A stretch of 36,555 nucleotides of DNA from the NCBI GenBank assembly GCA_035638975.1, contig DASQYY010000137.1, positions 1 to 36,555 of the forward strand, in the 5' to 3' direction. Below the pieces are notes generated by a model. The model was not told the origin of the DNA. It worked only from the letters and a program-made list of their open reading frames with translations, and did not search any database. The translations under genes and the position numbers were made by a program. The DNA comes from Gaiellales bacterium. Its GTDB lineage: Bacteria; Actinomycetota; Thermoleophilia; Gaiellales; JAICJC01. The first letter of the stretch is position 1. Every line of letters starts with the position of its first letter. This document shows positions 36,549-36,555 of this stretch, in pieces.

Positions 36549-36555
36549 GCAACTG

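Overview
Very GC-rich chromosomal segment; third codon positions are almost always G/C, so long spurious antisense ORFs are everywhere. Gene order looks actinobacterial: pyrR-pyrB-pyrC-carA-carB ... mihF-gmk-rpoZ-coaBC, as in Mycobacterium and Streptomyces, and an mIHF gene is present. A deep-branching Actinomycetota lineage is only a guess. I support 38 protein genes plus one 13-codon leader ORF. In order they are: folP (partial); an SOS-box-controlled LysM membrane protein with a coupled small ORF; RNase Z; two SAM methyltransferases; a UDG-superfamily protein; a pyrimidine operon (pyrR, pyrB, pyrC, carA, carB, pyrK, pyrD); mihF-gmk-rpoZ-coaBC; a MoxR / DUF58 / transglutaminase / TPR block; dtd; and the translation supercluster rimP-nusA-ylxR-infB-(ylxP/DUF503)-rbfA-nrnA-truB-ribF-rpsO-pnp. 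That supercluster is interrupted twice by antisense two-gene cassettes: K+/H+ antiporter plus a GNAT::class-II-aaRS-like fusion, and UDP-glucuronate decarboxylase plus an S51 peptidase. I found no rRNA, tRNA, CRISPR array, IS element or transposase. The points most worth a second look are: (1) two perfect LexA-type boxes around a consensus promoter for a leaderless YneA/ChiZ-like LysM protein; (2) the GNAT fused to a HisRS/HisZ-like class II synthetase core, inserted tail-to-tail against infB; (3) a canonical U-tailed terminator in the rimP-nusA leader; (4) a ylxR whose conserved CxxC N-terminus lies upstream of any canonical start codon; (5) a pyrR leader with a PyrR-box-like hairpin and a coupled 13-codon uORF; (6) a GGGGTCAG-based hairpin family confined to gene boundaries. 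All functional calls rest on reading the translated ORFs by eye. No database search was run.
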